Assembly (NCBI GenBank): GCA_002104905.1
Contig: MCFE01000222.1
Span: 59,402 to 123,401, forward strand
Reading direction: 5' to 3'
DNA length: 64,000 nucleotides
Origin: Basidiobolus meristosporus CBS 931.73
Taxonomy: Eukaryota; Fungi; Basidiobolomycota
Part shown: one piece after another, positions 40,078 to 51,752 of the stretch
Position numbering within the stretch: the stretch's first letter is position 1
How the letters are laid out: every line of letters starts with the position of its first letter
Translations under genes and position numbers: made by a program
Notes under the pieces: generated by a model
Databases searched by the model: none
What the model saw: only the letters and a program-made list of their open reading frames with translations
What the model was told of the DNA's origin: nothing

Positions 40078-40789
40078 ATGGCCCTACGACGCACTTTAAC
40101 CACCCCTAATTCTGAAGAGCTGACCGAAAAACTTATCGTCTCAACACCCCTACTTAATGCTACGTCGGTTGACAATCCAGAGTCCATCACTGAGACTACT
40201 CGCTTTTCGGATTTGGCGATATTCGAAGAGCGGTTAAAAACCCACAAACAGCTACTTAAGCGTGAACGGCGAAGGGTCGAGTGTTAGTACTGCCAGTAAG
40301 CCAACCAAGCCTTAGTCTAATCTCCACCACTTCAGCTCTTTTTCTAGTATTGGTTTTGGCGGTGGCTTACTTTGCTACGGCGATTATATTCTATCCTTCG
40401 AAAGGTGAATCTAGCCCTCCTGTTTCCTTCCGACCTCAATCAGAAGACTAATCACTTACCCTTCGCAGAACGCTACTTGGCACCTGGTCAATAAAGTTTC
40501 CCTGGTGCTCACCGGGCTACTATCGCTCTACGTGTACCATAACGATCGGAGAAACAATGAAAATAGGTAAGCCATGAAGTGGCGATTCCCACGAAAAATT
40601 CACCCATTCATTGGAACCATTTCCATCAGGTTCATCCCACAATGCAACCGCGTCTTGGAAACATACGGGTTGCAGCTACAAGACAAGAGCGAGGAGCTAA
40701 GCTTCAGCCAATACACGCCCTATTCACTACAGCTCGGCTACGAAGACTACAAACAAACCCTTAGGATGAGACGAGCAACCAAGATCTAA
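40078..40789 (+). CDS. SPO7: probable Spo7 (Nem1-Spo7 phosphatase regulatory subunit), about 4 exons
   Basis: FSDLAIFEERLK...KRERRR, two hydrophobic segments, then FIPQCNRVL...LSF...LQLGYEDYK, recalled as the Spo7 pattern. One exon junction does not close cleanly, so boundaries are uncertain. Confidence 0.6.
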
Positions 40790-41295
40790 CATGCACCTCA
40801 ACGGCATTATCCATTACCGCCATTCGCTAAATATGCACCCATTGAAATTGATACCAGTATCTATGAATTGCTCGTCCATTAAAACCCAAATCAAATGAAT
40901 TTCAGATAATTTTGGCTTTATTCATCAGAATCATGTTTAGAAGGTGAAGAGTAGAAACCGAGCCGAACCGAACCGAACCGTAAAAGCAAATCTTGCGTAT
41001 CAACATGAACCATGAAAAGAAAATACAGTTGTACTTTTACATGAGAAAAAGGTGGACCGGAGCGCTTCGGAAAAATGAAGATGGAGGCTTCGGAATATTT
41101 AAAGCGGTTTGTATGGAGAAATGGGCCAGGCGTCAACAACAGGAAGATTATAGAAACATAAGAGAACCGATAAGTGGAGGATAAGAATAGTGATGTGGGA
41201 GAGATGAGAAAGAGAAATGAAATGATTTTGTGGGAATTAATGTCGAAGTTCGTTGGTGGAAGCGTTGTTATTCCATTGTTGGTGAAAGTGGCTGG

Positions 41296-43401
41296 TTATT
41301 CCTTGGCATCCTCCTTGACCTTCATTTTCCCCATGCTCTCGGTCATCTCATCGGTGGATGCTTGATCTTCGGGATGGCCAGCCGAGCTCCCATTATCCTC
41401 GGCGTACATCGCGGGCGGGATGGGATAATAGCCCATTCGAGGCTGGAACCCTGGTAGATATTGGGGCGGTGGCACTGGCTGTTGCCCAAATTGCGGAATC
41501 ATCCCCTGTGGGAACCTCTCCGGGCCAACCTCGTGGTAGTACCCAGCGATCATCTGGCCAGGCTGAGGAGGGTGTTGGCCAGCCTCGAGCCCGGTGCTGG
41601 GTGAGCCCATGGCCAAGAGGTGTTCGGGGGTCAGTGGGGAGGGGGGCCCACTCTGGCAATAAATGGCTGGTCAGAAACGCAGGAACCATAGTTGTTGGCT
41701 GAACGCAGGATATTTACCATTTCAGAAAACTCGCCACGAGCCCACACTCTTTTCTTGGTGGTTTGTCCCTTGAGCTTCTTTTGGGCCATGGAGTCGGCAA
41801 AGCGGACCTGCAGTGGTAAGTGGGAGCCTGGGAGTACGACGCCGTTGTACTTCTGAATGATAGCAACCGCCGACTCGCGGTCCGACATCCTAGAACGCAC
41901 ACCGTATGATTAAGTCTAGTCTCACCAAGCGCAAACTAGCAGATTTACCTGGCAAAGCCGACGCCTCGGCTCACGCCGCTTTGGTCACGCAGGATGCGGT
42001 TGGAGATGATGTTGTAGGGGTGGAAAAGCTCTTCAAGTTGCTACCATCAAGCGGTCAGATCGGGTGTGCTCGCAGATGGGGAATCAACCACTTACTGATT
42101 CGGTCATGTCCAGAGGTAGATTGGACATGTAGATGTTGGTTGAGTGGACGTCCTGCAGGTTCTTGAGGCGAGTGCTGAAGGATTCCTGGCAGACAGAGAG
42201 TTAGATTGGCATCCCTTCATCACCGTTAGACACAAGAATATATGAAAAGAAATTTACTTGGGGTGATTTGTGGGTCATTACCTTCGCAAATGAGACCTGA
42301 TAACCTTTACCGTTCAGGTCATCGATTGCAGCTTTGGATTGCTCGGGACTCTCGTACATAACGAAGCCGTACCCCTTGCACGTACCGGTCTTCTGGTCTA
42401 TGATGGCTTTGGACGAGACAATGTTGCCATAGCTAGAGATCGAATGCGAATGAGCACAGGGTGGAGCGGTGGGTGGCCAAACATTGGGATTACCTCATGC
42501 ACATATCATACAACGTCTCGTCAGTTGTATCTTGACTCAAACCCTTGATGTAGATGTTGGTCGTCTTGGTCGAGGAGTAGACCGATCCGTATTGCGACCC
42601 GAACCTCTTTCCTTGCGAGCCATGTCTGGAAGGACGCCCGGCGCTTGCCAAGGTTGGCGATAGTGGCTGCATAAGCGGGGAACTGGATGTCGAGGAAACG
42701 GCGGAGAGGGTGGGTGAGAGGTGGGTTGGATGAGGCTGGGGGTAAGGTGCACCGGTGGGGTAGTAATAGTAGGCAGCAGGGTGGGCAGGGACGGGAATCC
42801 CGCCTGGTCGGGGGACGTACATGGCTGGTGAGGTGGGTGCATAATACATTGGCATCTGCTGAGGGGAATACGGCGGTGATTGTTGAGGAATACCGTTGGG
42901 TACTGGATATCCAGCAGGCATCATAGGGTATTCAGCATAGTATTGCTGCATCGGATACTGCAAATGCATTTGATACTGAAGATATGGGCTTGAAGGATAC
43001 GACCCCGACTGATCCTCAGAATCGTACTCTCCGGTATGATGGCCCATCTCGGCCATGGCTCTATCTCCTTCATAGCTAGTGGAGGAGGACACCTCTGTTC
43101 CGTTGCCTTTGCTGGACTGGCCATGGTTTGAATCTTGGCTTGAGGCGACTGTGCTCTTCTCATGGTTTTCCGGAGGCCAGACTTTCACCTCCAAGGAATC
43201 GGCGGAGCTGGTGTTCTGCTCGGCTGGGTTATCACCGGAAGGGTTTTCGGCAACAACAGAATTCATAGCTGTGTCGTGGGCGGGTGATGGAGTATTGGCA
43301 GGAAAGCCTGAATGTGGATTGCTATCGCTTGTTTTAACGCAGTTGTTCTGACTGTGAATGCTAGTGTCGTAAGTGGGTATCTGTGTTTCGGAAGTGGTCA
43401 T
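41296..43401 (-). CDS. RBMS/MSSP-like RNA-binding protein with two RRMs and Pro/Tyr-rich low-complexity regions, multi-exon
   Basis: TNIYIKGL, GNIVSSKAIIDQKTGTCKGYGFVMY, TNIYMSNLPLDM, SRGVGFA, PLQVRFADSMAQKKLK. Confidence 0.85.
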
Positions 43402-44991
43402 GAACAAATAGCACGAACGGTTGGCGAAACAGGCTTTTCAAACGCAATAAAATAGAGGGGAAATTTTAGTTCCTTCTGTTTGCTAGAGAGTGTATTTACC
43501 AACAATAAACCGAGAAAGACTTCTCAAAGAAGGATAATCTGCTTCGACCAGAAAAATAAAACAATGTTCCCTAACCCCAAAATGAAACTCAGAAGTGGAT
43601 GACAACGTTGGGAGATGCTCAAGTCTATCGTCGGGGTACGCAACAGGTCATTGACTTGATCCCAGTATCCAAGAAAAATAGAATAATACAATATATACGA
43701 AATCAAGCAAGAAGTGCAATGGGCTTTATAACCTAGAAAATGGTATAATCAAGAAAGTGCTGACCTTGACGTCTTTGTCCTAATCAGGATACCTGGATGA
43801 GCTTACTTGACAAAACCTATAACGGAGAAAGGCCGCACTAGAAGTATCTCAACAGAGAAACGTAGTACTACTGACTGACTAGAGAATTGATTAAGGCCAC
43901 TTTCATGGGGATATCAAGGGGAGGGGTAGGATCCGCTCAATAGCAGAGAGCATATCTCGGGTTAGATTCTAGGTCGAGTGCTACTGGAGTCGCCATTTTC
44001 ATATGTCAATATCACACTACCATGGTACTTACCTCCATCTGGGATAAATAGCTTGGAAGCGCTTGCTTTCCAGGTTGGATCTTGGATGCTTGATCCGGTT
44101 ATTTACCCCTGATTACCGATACTAAGTTGACGTAATATCTTGATCCATACGCCAGGCAATGATCGATGTGAATGAGCTCATTTTCCAGCTGAATTCAACG
44201 GCAGGAAAGCTGGGGGCTTTACGTACCGTTGAGCGCAGGTAAACAGCCTCGGGTGAGAGCCAAGCCATCAGGAGGGTGAATGGGAAGACACCATAGACAC
44301 CACCTCCACCTTGCCAGGCAATATTCAATGGATGTGTAGATGACTCAATATGAGATAGTCCAGGCCTTGATCGAGTGATTAGTCGAGTCTATAGTCTGTC
44401 ATGCAAGCAATTAGCTGAATCAGTTCATTGATTGAAATAGGCAGCAACTCGGGTCAGCCAGGATGGATAATGTAACTGAAAACATGGATCCATGCGCTGA
44501 AATTGTGTTCGTCAAGATTCACCAAGCTACACGCGCAAGCATAGTCTGTCCTGTTTGGCTCATGTGGGCATGATGCCCGGCACCGGTGACGTGCTTGACT
44601 CTCACTGACGCTTGCCAACAGCAGGGGTTTCACAATAATAATCATGGCCAATTTAGTCAATGGTTTCACACCTGATTGTAATCTGTGATTTCTAACATTC
44701 TGGGTATTGTGCTAGCAGAGTGAATCGGTCCCATATCATTTCTGAGCTCTTGATTCACCGCTCCTCTCATTGGCGAATTTGTCCCCCCAAAGGTAACTCA
44801 GATGCTGGTTGGAAGCATGTGTGAGGAGTCACAAGGGTCGAAGTCAACCAAGATCGGTGGTGGTTTCAAGATGTGTTTCTACCAAAGATCATCTTTGGGA
44901 GTTAGTACTACAGCCTTGGAATTGGTCTTATTATAAATATGCTCCTGAGATATTGCTACTCTATTATCGTATTCTCTCTCAATATTGAGCA

Positions 44992-45156
44992 ATGTTCCGT
45001 CCCAACCTACCACTCCTCTGTATCATTGCAATGTTCGCCAGTCTAACAGTAAAGGCTGTTCCAATCACCGTATACCAGACCGACCTTACTCAGGAACAAC
45101 GGGACTCGCTCGCCAGTAGCGATTTCAGCTGGCCTCTCGACGACATTATATTCTAA
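44992..45156 (+). CDS. 54-aa putative secreted peptide (below the ORF-track cutoff)
   Basis: MFRPNLPLLCIIAMFASLTVKA|VPITVYQTDLTQEQRDSLASSDFSWPLDDIIF; signal-peptide-like N-terminus; TATAAAT at about 44932. Confidence 0.55.
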   Translation: MFRPNLPLLCIIAMFASLTVKAVPITVYQTDLTQEQRDSLASSDFSWPLDDIIF

Positions 45157-45966
45157 AACATGCCTAGTTTACTGGTCACGCACTCTGACGCCGTTACCGC
45201 ACTGCCTTGGAACTCTCGTAAATATTGCTACTGATCATTGTCTCCCGTAATCCTCGTATATATTCTGTGAATAGCAAAACTTGCACATATATTCATTCCT
45301 ACATTTTGTGAAAGAAATCATGCATCATTTTCCCCATCATTACAGCACGACTTAATCACCCCTTAATTCCCACATATTTTCAATAAATCCGAACTAAGGA
45401 CATGGGCCATCACGTGATTTTGCGATTACAGAATAATGCAACTGGGATTGATCCTGCAGTATAATACTAGTGTTGCCACAAGAATATAATGCCGCGAACA
45501 TTGATTCAAGAATACAATGTTACTAACCATTAGCGAACTTGATCTCGTGACCTGGAGTATGCAGAACCCGGATTTGCCATTCATATTCCCAATATAGCAG
45601 GAATGTCAGAATCGGTGATCTCATGTTTTCTGGTCAATACTTGCTTCTTTTCATTAAGTTCAAAGCTTAACTGACGCTGAATTGTCCGAACTGAGCAGGC
45701 AGTGCATCCGATAGAATACAACTGGGTGGTCTTGTGATGCTATGTAACTTCCAGCCAACTTCACCCACGCTTTATTGTATACCGGATCTAACTCGTCGCT
45801 ATTCTGTGGCTATCCTGTGGAGGCAACCAACAAATTCCTAAACAGCCTAATGGTTGTCAATGATCCCATTCAATGTCACATACAATGCATATCGTGTGGC
45901 AAGGTAGAGTGGTGGTTTAAAGATCGATTCTATTCGCCCATTGTCGACATGTACGTAAGGATGTAT

Positions 45967-46026
45967 CGATTCATGGTGCGATTCATGGTGCGATTCATGT
46001 GCGATTCATGGTGCGATTCATGGTGC
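45967..46026. repeat. 12-bp tandem repeat CGATTCATGGTG, about 5 copies
   Basis: Direct reading; one unit is 1 nt short. Confidence 0.85.
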
Positions 46027-46430
46027 GCATGCTGGAATATCAGTTTTTCAGAAAATCCGTTGCCATGGTAGTCGGGGTGAATGTGCAACAAAAATCTCAT
46101 CACAACCACTGCCTACAGTTTCCCAGTGATTCCGGATTTGAAGCAGGTTTGACCGGTCGAATTCCAGAATAAAGAACAAAAGACCCTGGAACAAGAATGC
46201 AGCTCAAGTTAATTCATCGTTTTCTATTTGGGCATTCAAGGAAAGCGATCCTTTTAGCCAATTCCTAAGAATCGGGCTTTGCCTGCATGCTCTGATTGAT
46301 CTTATCGAGTGCTAATAGCGGAGTTCATGAAGAACAAAGTGGGCAACATGGCGCAAAACTATATAAATTCAACATGGACTGCCCCTATCCCTCCCTTTGT
46401 TAATCTCAACCATTTCTTCCTACTGACACC

Positions 46431-47322
46431 ATGTCGAACATTCGGGTTAGCTCAAGAGAGGCCTTGCTTCTATCCGACATAATGGCCAATATGGATGCGC
46501 TAAGTTTAAGTCCCCCCTCCAGAAAACGCATGCCCAATACACAGTTCGCGGAAAACATCATGGTCGAACAAGTAGTTAGAGAAATCATGTCGGCTTCCCT
46601 AAGTCAAGCCTTCACCACATCAACATCCAACCTAAAAGAGCACAGTGCCGCTTTTGACCCATTTGACAACATACCCTTGGCGACATTTTCATATCACGAG
46701 ATTCCCATTGTCGATGAGGACTTTTTACCACACTACGCACCCGAGCTTCCCTGTTCTCCGCCTCCGTCGTATCCCAGTGGTGAGTATCCTTTCCAAAAGC
46801 CCAAATCAATCGCTCCACAATCGGCTGCACGTGTGTTGGCCGAGGCAAGGGAGGCGATGAAGGGGAAATTCCATCCCACACAAGTGCTATTTACGCATTA
46901 TGTGCACGAATTGCTGATGAATCGGCAAGGCCTCCCTTTCTCACCGACCAAGCGTCCTTCAATCAAAGATCCTCACGGCATCTGTTGGCCTCTAAAAGGG
47001 GAGAGGCGGAATCGAAAATACCATTTCGAGAATTACCTACCTCCGCGATTATCTGGTGCTCGCGAAATTCGCTCCAATAGAGCTCATATGAGATTGATGG
47101 CATTGGAGGAGAGCATGATAAAAGGTAAGATCGATGATCATTGCCCACATTGTTGCCATATTTACCGAGCCAATTAATCCAGCTGGGAAAATCTGCTCTC
47201 CTTTACGACCACACTTCTCACTGCCGAAGCGCGTCGAGTCTTTCTGCACAAATATTCCGAGTGGGTTGCGCCATGCTTGCTCTCTGGAAGACCTAGTATG
47301 GGAAGCATACTTGGATGTGTGA
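46431..47322 (+). CDS. hypothetical protein, 2 exons
   Basis: ORF 46431-47177 with good start context. A GTAAGA...CCAG intron (about 47124-47182) joins RAHMRLMALEESMIK to AGKICSPLRPHFSLPKR in frame. Confidence 0.65.
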
Positions 47323-48302
47323 AGTCTGCGTCCTGTACAAATCCATCTGCCTTCGCTTTTCCACTAATATTGATGTTGATTCCTGTTCCTTCGCTCTTTC
47401 AATAATATCGATCCTGTAGCAGTTGTGAATATTTTTATCTGAACACTTATCTGCCCAGTTATCTGCCCAATAATCCTCCAGGTGGCTTGGTTCGGATACT
47501 TGAATTTAATCATGAACGCCGAATGTTGAATGTTACATATCACTTCTGTTTCGTTCTTGATCACTACCACAATAGAACTTGCTTTTCCCAGCGTAATGGT
47601 AGGGTCGTCATAAACATACATCAATTTCTCTACGTTTTCTCTAAAAGCTTAATTGTCCAATTTTATTAATGTATCATGGCGCTATCTTTATATGTCTTAT
47701 AACGCCATTCATAGATGCAATGCCGCCGTGCCGTCTATTGCTTGGATTACACTGGGGTTGCGAGATAAGCCTGATGATTCTCAATGATTGTTGCATTCGT
47801 TACGTAGAGTTTGATGCTGGAGATTCGCTCTAAATCCAGTTGTTACAGGTAAGCTGTGATACCACACAATCCTATTGGCCCAGCTTCTATTGGCCACTAA
47901 TATATATCACAAAGCTGACTCAACAGAAGAATGGCAAGCACTAATCAAACGTCAATATTGGAATCTGATACATTATCGCCCTTCAACTCTCACCATCCCG
48001 TCCAGGCTGGCCTAGTATGAATGATAGTTTGGTACTTGAAAGCGTAGTGTACTGTTTTGAGAGCAAATATCACTGTTTACATGATACTTGCTTAAAGTGG
48101 TATTGGCGTTTAATGGTATGTGTGCATAATGGCTATATACACTGGTACTGATATACTCCCATTCATGACTGTTAACACCTTGGTGCATGTAATGCTAGTC
48201 ATGATAGCACTTCCATCCACTTCCTATTAGTGACTGGGTAGTTTGTTTTGTGGTTTGTTATATTTATACTGTTTCTGAAAACCTGTGAACATCATGCATA
48301 AA

Positions 48303-48440
48303 TAGGGTAAGACAGTCACCACAGGTAAAATCTTTATTTCAGCTGAAACAAAGAAGCCAGTGCTACTATTGTAGCTTTGATACAAGAGTGTGTAGCCAAG
48401 GTGAATTGGTAGGTATGTTAATAAGGAGAAATGGTAGTTC
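48303..48440 (-). mobile_element. oldest relic 3' end of the telomere-associated LINE
   Basis: Diverged match to 55223-55370 (hairpin, AATAAA, end of ORF2), preceded by TAGGG and cut by a copia LTR at 48441. Confidence 0.8.
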
Positions 48441-51400
48441 TGTTGTAAGAGTCTTGGAGATATTGGAAGTGATTGGGAGAACAAGTAGATTATGTGGTTT
48501 CACTTAATGATGATATATATTGATACTGTAAATAGTAAGTAATATTTAAACTTTCACATGGTCTTGGCATAATAAGCATATAGAGTAGACTTGGGAAGAT
48601 CCAAGAACATGTGCACTAAGTTTGGGGCTGTTTGGATAACTTTGAGAGTTTTCATGCTCTGGGTACCTGATGTTTATAGTGAAAATATTCTAAGTAAATT
48701 CCAACAAGGAATTTGGTCAGTATTCCCTGAGATTTGTTAGTAATGATATAAGCAGTCATGTAAGGTAAATATTTAGGTGGAACTAACAAATTTTTGCAAC
48801 ACTCTCACTCAACTAAAAATTCATATTGACCAGTCCTAATTTTGACCCAAGATATTCAAACTTGTCTCTAGCTAATGGTTTAGTAAATATATCTGCAATC
48901 ATTTCATCTCTAGGATAGTTAACTAAGCTAATCATGTTATTCTCTATAGCTTCACATATGAAATGATGTCTATTACTTATGTTCTTAGTTCTAGCATGAA
49001 AAGTTGGATTTCTACCTAAATGTATACATTTTTGATTAACTTGAAATAATGAAGTAGGCTTTTTTTGACATAAACCTAAGTCTTTAAAAAGCATTTTTAA
49101 CCACATTGCTTCTGTTGTAGCTTCACAGGCTGCCATATACTCTGCCTCTGTGGTAGAAAGTGCTACAGTTTGCTGCTTTCTCAAATTCCATGAAATTGCT
49201 CCTTAAGAGTAAAGAAAGGTGTTTCATGTGGTGGATCTTCTGTCTTCCAGGTTTTGTCCCCAATCAGTATCAGAGTATCTCACAAGATACTGCTCTGAAT
49301 CCTTATTGGTGTATCTTAAGCAGATATCAGCAGTTCCTTTTAGATATCTAAAAATCCAATTAACTGCTGCAATATGATCAAATCCATAGTTCTAGTTGTT
49401 GTAAGTGACTTGGATATATTGGGAGTGATTGGGAGGGCTAGTAGATAATGTGGCTTTCACTTAATGACTTATTGAATGTAAAAGTTGTATTTAAACTTTC
49501 ACATGATTTTTGCATAACAAACACATAGAATAGGATTAGCAAGATCCCAATAAAATGTATGCAAAGTTTGGGCCTGTTTGGACAACTTTGAGAATTTTCA
49601 TGCTTTGGGTACCTGATTTTTTGGTGAGAATATTTTATGTATATAACAACAAGAAATTTGGTCAGTATTCTCTAGGATTTGAAGGTAATGATCTGAGTGA
49701 CTAAGTGAGGTGAAATATTTAGATGGAATTACAGACTTTTACAACCTTTCCACCCAACTAATTGTTCACACTGACTAGTCCTAATTTTGACCCAAGATAT
49801 TCAGACTTGTCCTTAGCTAATAGTTTGGTAAATATGTCTGCAATCATATCGTCTGTAGAACAGTAAGCTAAGTTAGCCAAGTTTTTCTCTTTAGCTTCAT
49901 GTATGAAATGATGTCTAATATCTATGTGCTTATTTCTAGCATGAGAAGTTGGATTACTACCTAGTAGTATACATCCTTGATTGTCATTGTTAATAGGTGT
50001 TTTTTTGACATAAGCCTAAACCTTTAAAAAGCTTCCTTAGCCACATAACTTCTTCTGTAGGCTCACAGGCTGCCATTTACTCTACCTCTGCGGTAGAAAG
50101 TACTATGGTTGGTTGCTTTTGTGAATTCCATGAAATTGCTCCTTAAGAGTAAAGAAAGGTGTATCCAGTAATGGATCTTCTGTCTTCCAGGTTTTGTCCC
50201 CAATTGGCATCAGAGTATCCCACAAAATCCTTTCTGAATCCTTTCTGAAGTACCTTAAGCAGATATCAGCAGTCCTTTTAGGTATCTGAAAATCCACTTA
50301 ACTGCTTCAATATGATCCAATCCATAGTTCTGGTTGTGCCTGCTGACAACTCCCAATGAGTATGAGATATCTGGATATGTTCCAAGTATGCTATACATTG
50401 AGCTGCTGACCATAGTTTGATAAGGAAAGTCAGGGCTTTCAGATGGCACCAAGCTCTCATGATTTGGTTGTGTCTTGACCAAGTTGGGGTTTGTGTCCAT
50501 TGCGTAGCTGCTAGTTTACAGTCTTCCATTTGGTACTTCTCTAGTATATCTTGAATATACCTAGATTGGCGTAGGGTGATAGTCTTGGTACTTCTGATTA
50601 TGCAGAACTTTATCCCTAAGTAGAAACTTAGTTCTCTTAAGTTGACATCTTCAACTCTTTAGATAGGCTGGATTTAGTCTCTTCCAATATTGCTAGGTTA
50701 TTGGTGGCTGTAATAATATCATCCACATTCAGAGCTAATAGAACTGGATTTACTCTATCTGGCTTATAGTATATACTATAGTCAGCATTACTCCTTTTAA
50801 ACTCAAAGATTCCAAATCAGAGTCAATTTTGCAATTTCAGGCTCTTGGTCATTGTTTGTGTATGTAGAGGCTTTATAAGCTTGTAGACCAAATGAGGGTA
50901 ATCTTGGTCAGCAAATCCATCAGGCTGGTTCATATACATGTCCTTATCAGGTACTCCAATCCAAAAATGCAGCTTTTACATCCATTTGAGGAATAAAAAA
51001 CTTATATTTGGCTGCAATAGCTGATGCTAATCTGAATGAAATTAAACTTGGCTACTGGTGCAAAGGTATCAGTGTAGTCAAGTCCTTTTGTTTGAGAGTA
51101 TCCTTTGGCCACAAGTCTTGCTTTGTATCATTCAACTGTACCATTCAACCTTGTATTTTGTATTAAAGATCCATTTGCATCCAATCGATTTCTGGTTGAT
51201 TGGTAATTTGATCAAGTGCCAAGTTTGATTTTCCATTAGGGCCTGATAATTCTCAGTCATTGCAGATCTCCAAAACTTTGTCTGAGGGCAATTCAAGGTC
51301 TCTTTTACAGTCTGGGGCTCACCAATACGGACCAAGTAGGCATAGGCTAAGCTTTGTACCCTCATTGATATAATAATTTGGGATATTTCTTGTCTAGTTG

Positions 51401-51731
51401 GATCTCCAGGTATTTGATACTGGAATGATCACTTCTGGAATATTCCTGGGCACTGATTCAGGCTGAACCATGGTTGTAGAGTCCTCTAGAGTGAAAAGCT
51501 TTCTTTGTTTTGCACTGATCTAATCCTGACAATGGGTGGGCTTCAGATCAGAATTTTGTCATCATCTGATGTCAGTTTTTGTGAAAATTTTGAGTTTTCA
51601 TCAAACAACAAATCCCTAGACTTGATCAGCTTCTGTGCTTCAGTATTGAACAGTCTGTATGCTTTACTCTCATTGCAGTGGCCCAAAAAATATGCTTTTT
51701 ACACTCTTTGGCTCATATTTGGACTGCTTTC
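48441..51731 (-). mobile_element. two nested degenerate copia 3' halves (3' LTRs 48441-48801 and about 49397-49746), same family as 11714-16400
   Basis: LTR, PPT, RNase H, RT and part of integrase match in reverse orientation. Homology stops at 51731 where TTAGGG begins. Confidence 0.88.
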
Positions 51732-51752
51732 TTAGGGTTTAGGGTTATGGGG
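51732..51752 (+). repeat. interstitial telomere-like tract TTAGGGTTTAGGGTTATGGGG
   Basis: Direct reading; joins the truncated copia to a LINE 3' end. Confidence 0.8.

Noticed and set aside
44122-44328. Minus-strand ORF with a GGGGVYGVF segment
   Set aside because: No ATG, no clear splice sites and no recognisable family.
35909-46026. 29-bp (35909) and 12-bp (45967) repeats as CRISPR-like or functional arrays
   Set aside because: Head-to-tail units without unique spacers, eukaryotic context; ordinary minisatellites.
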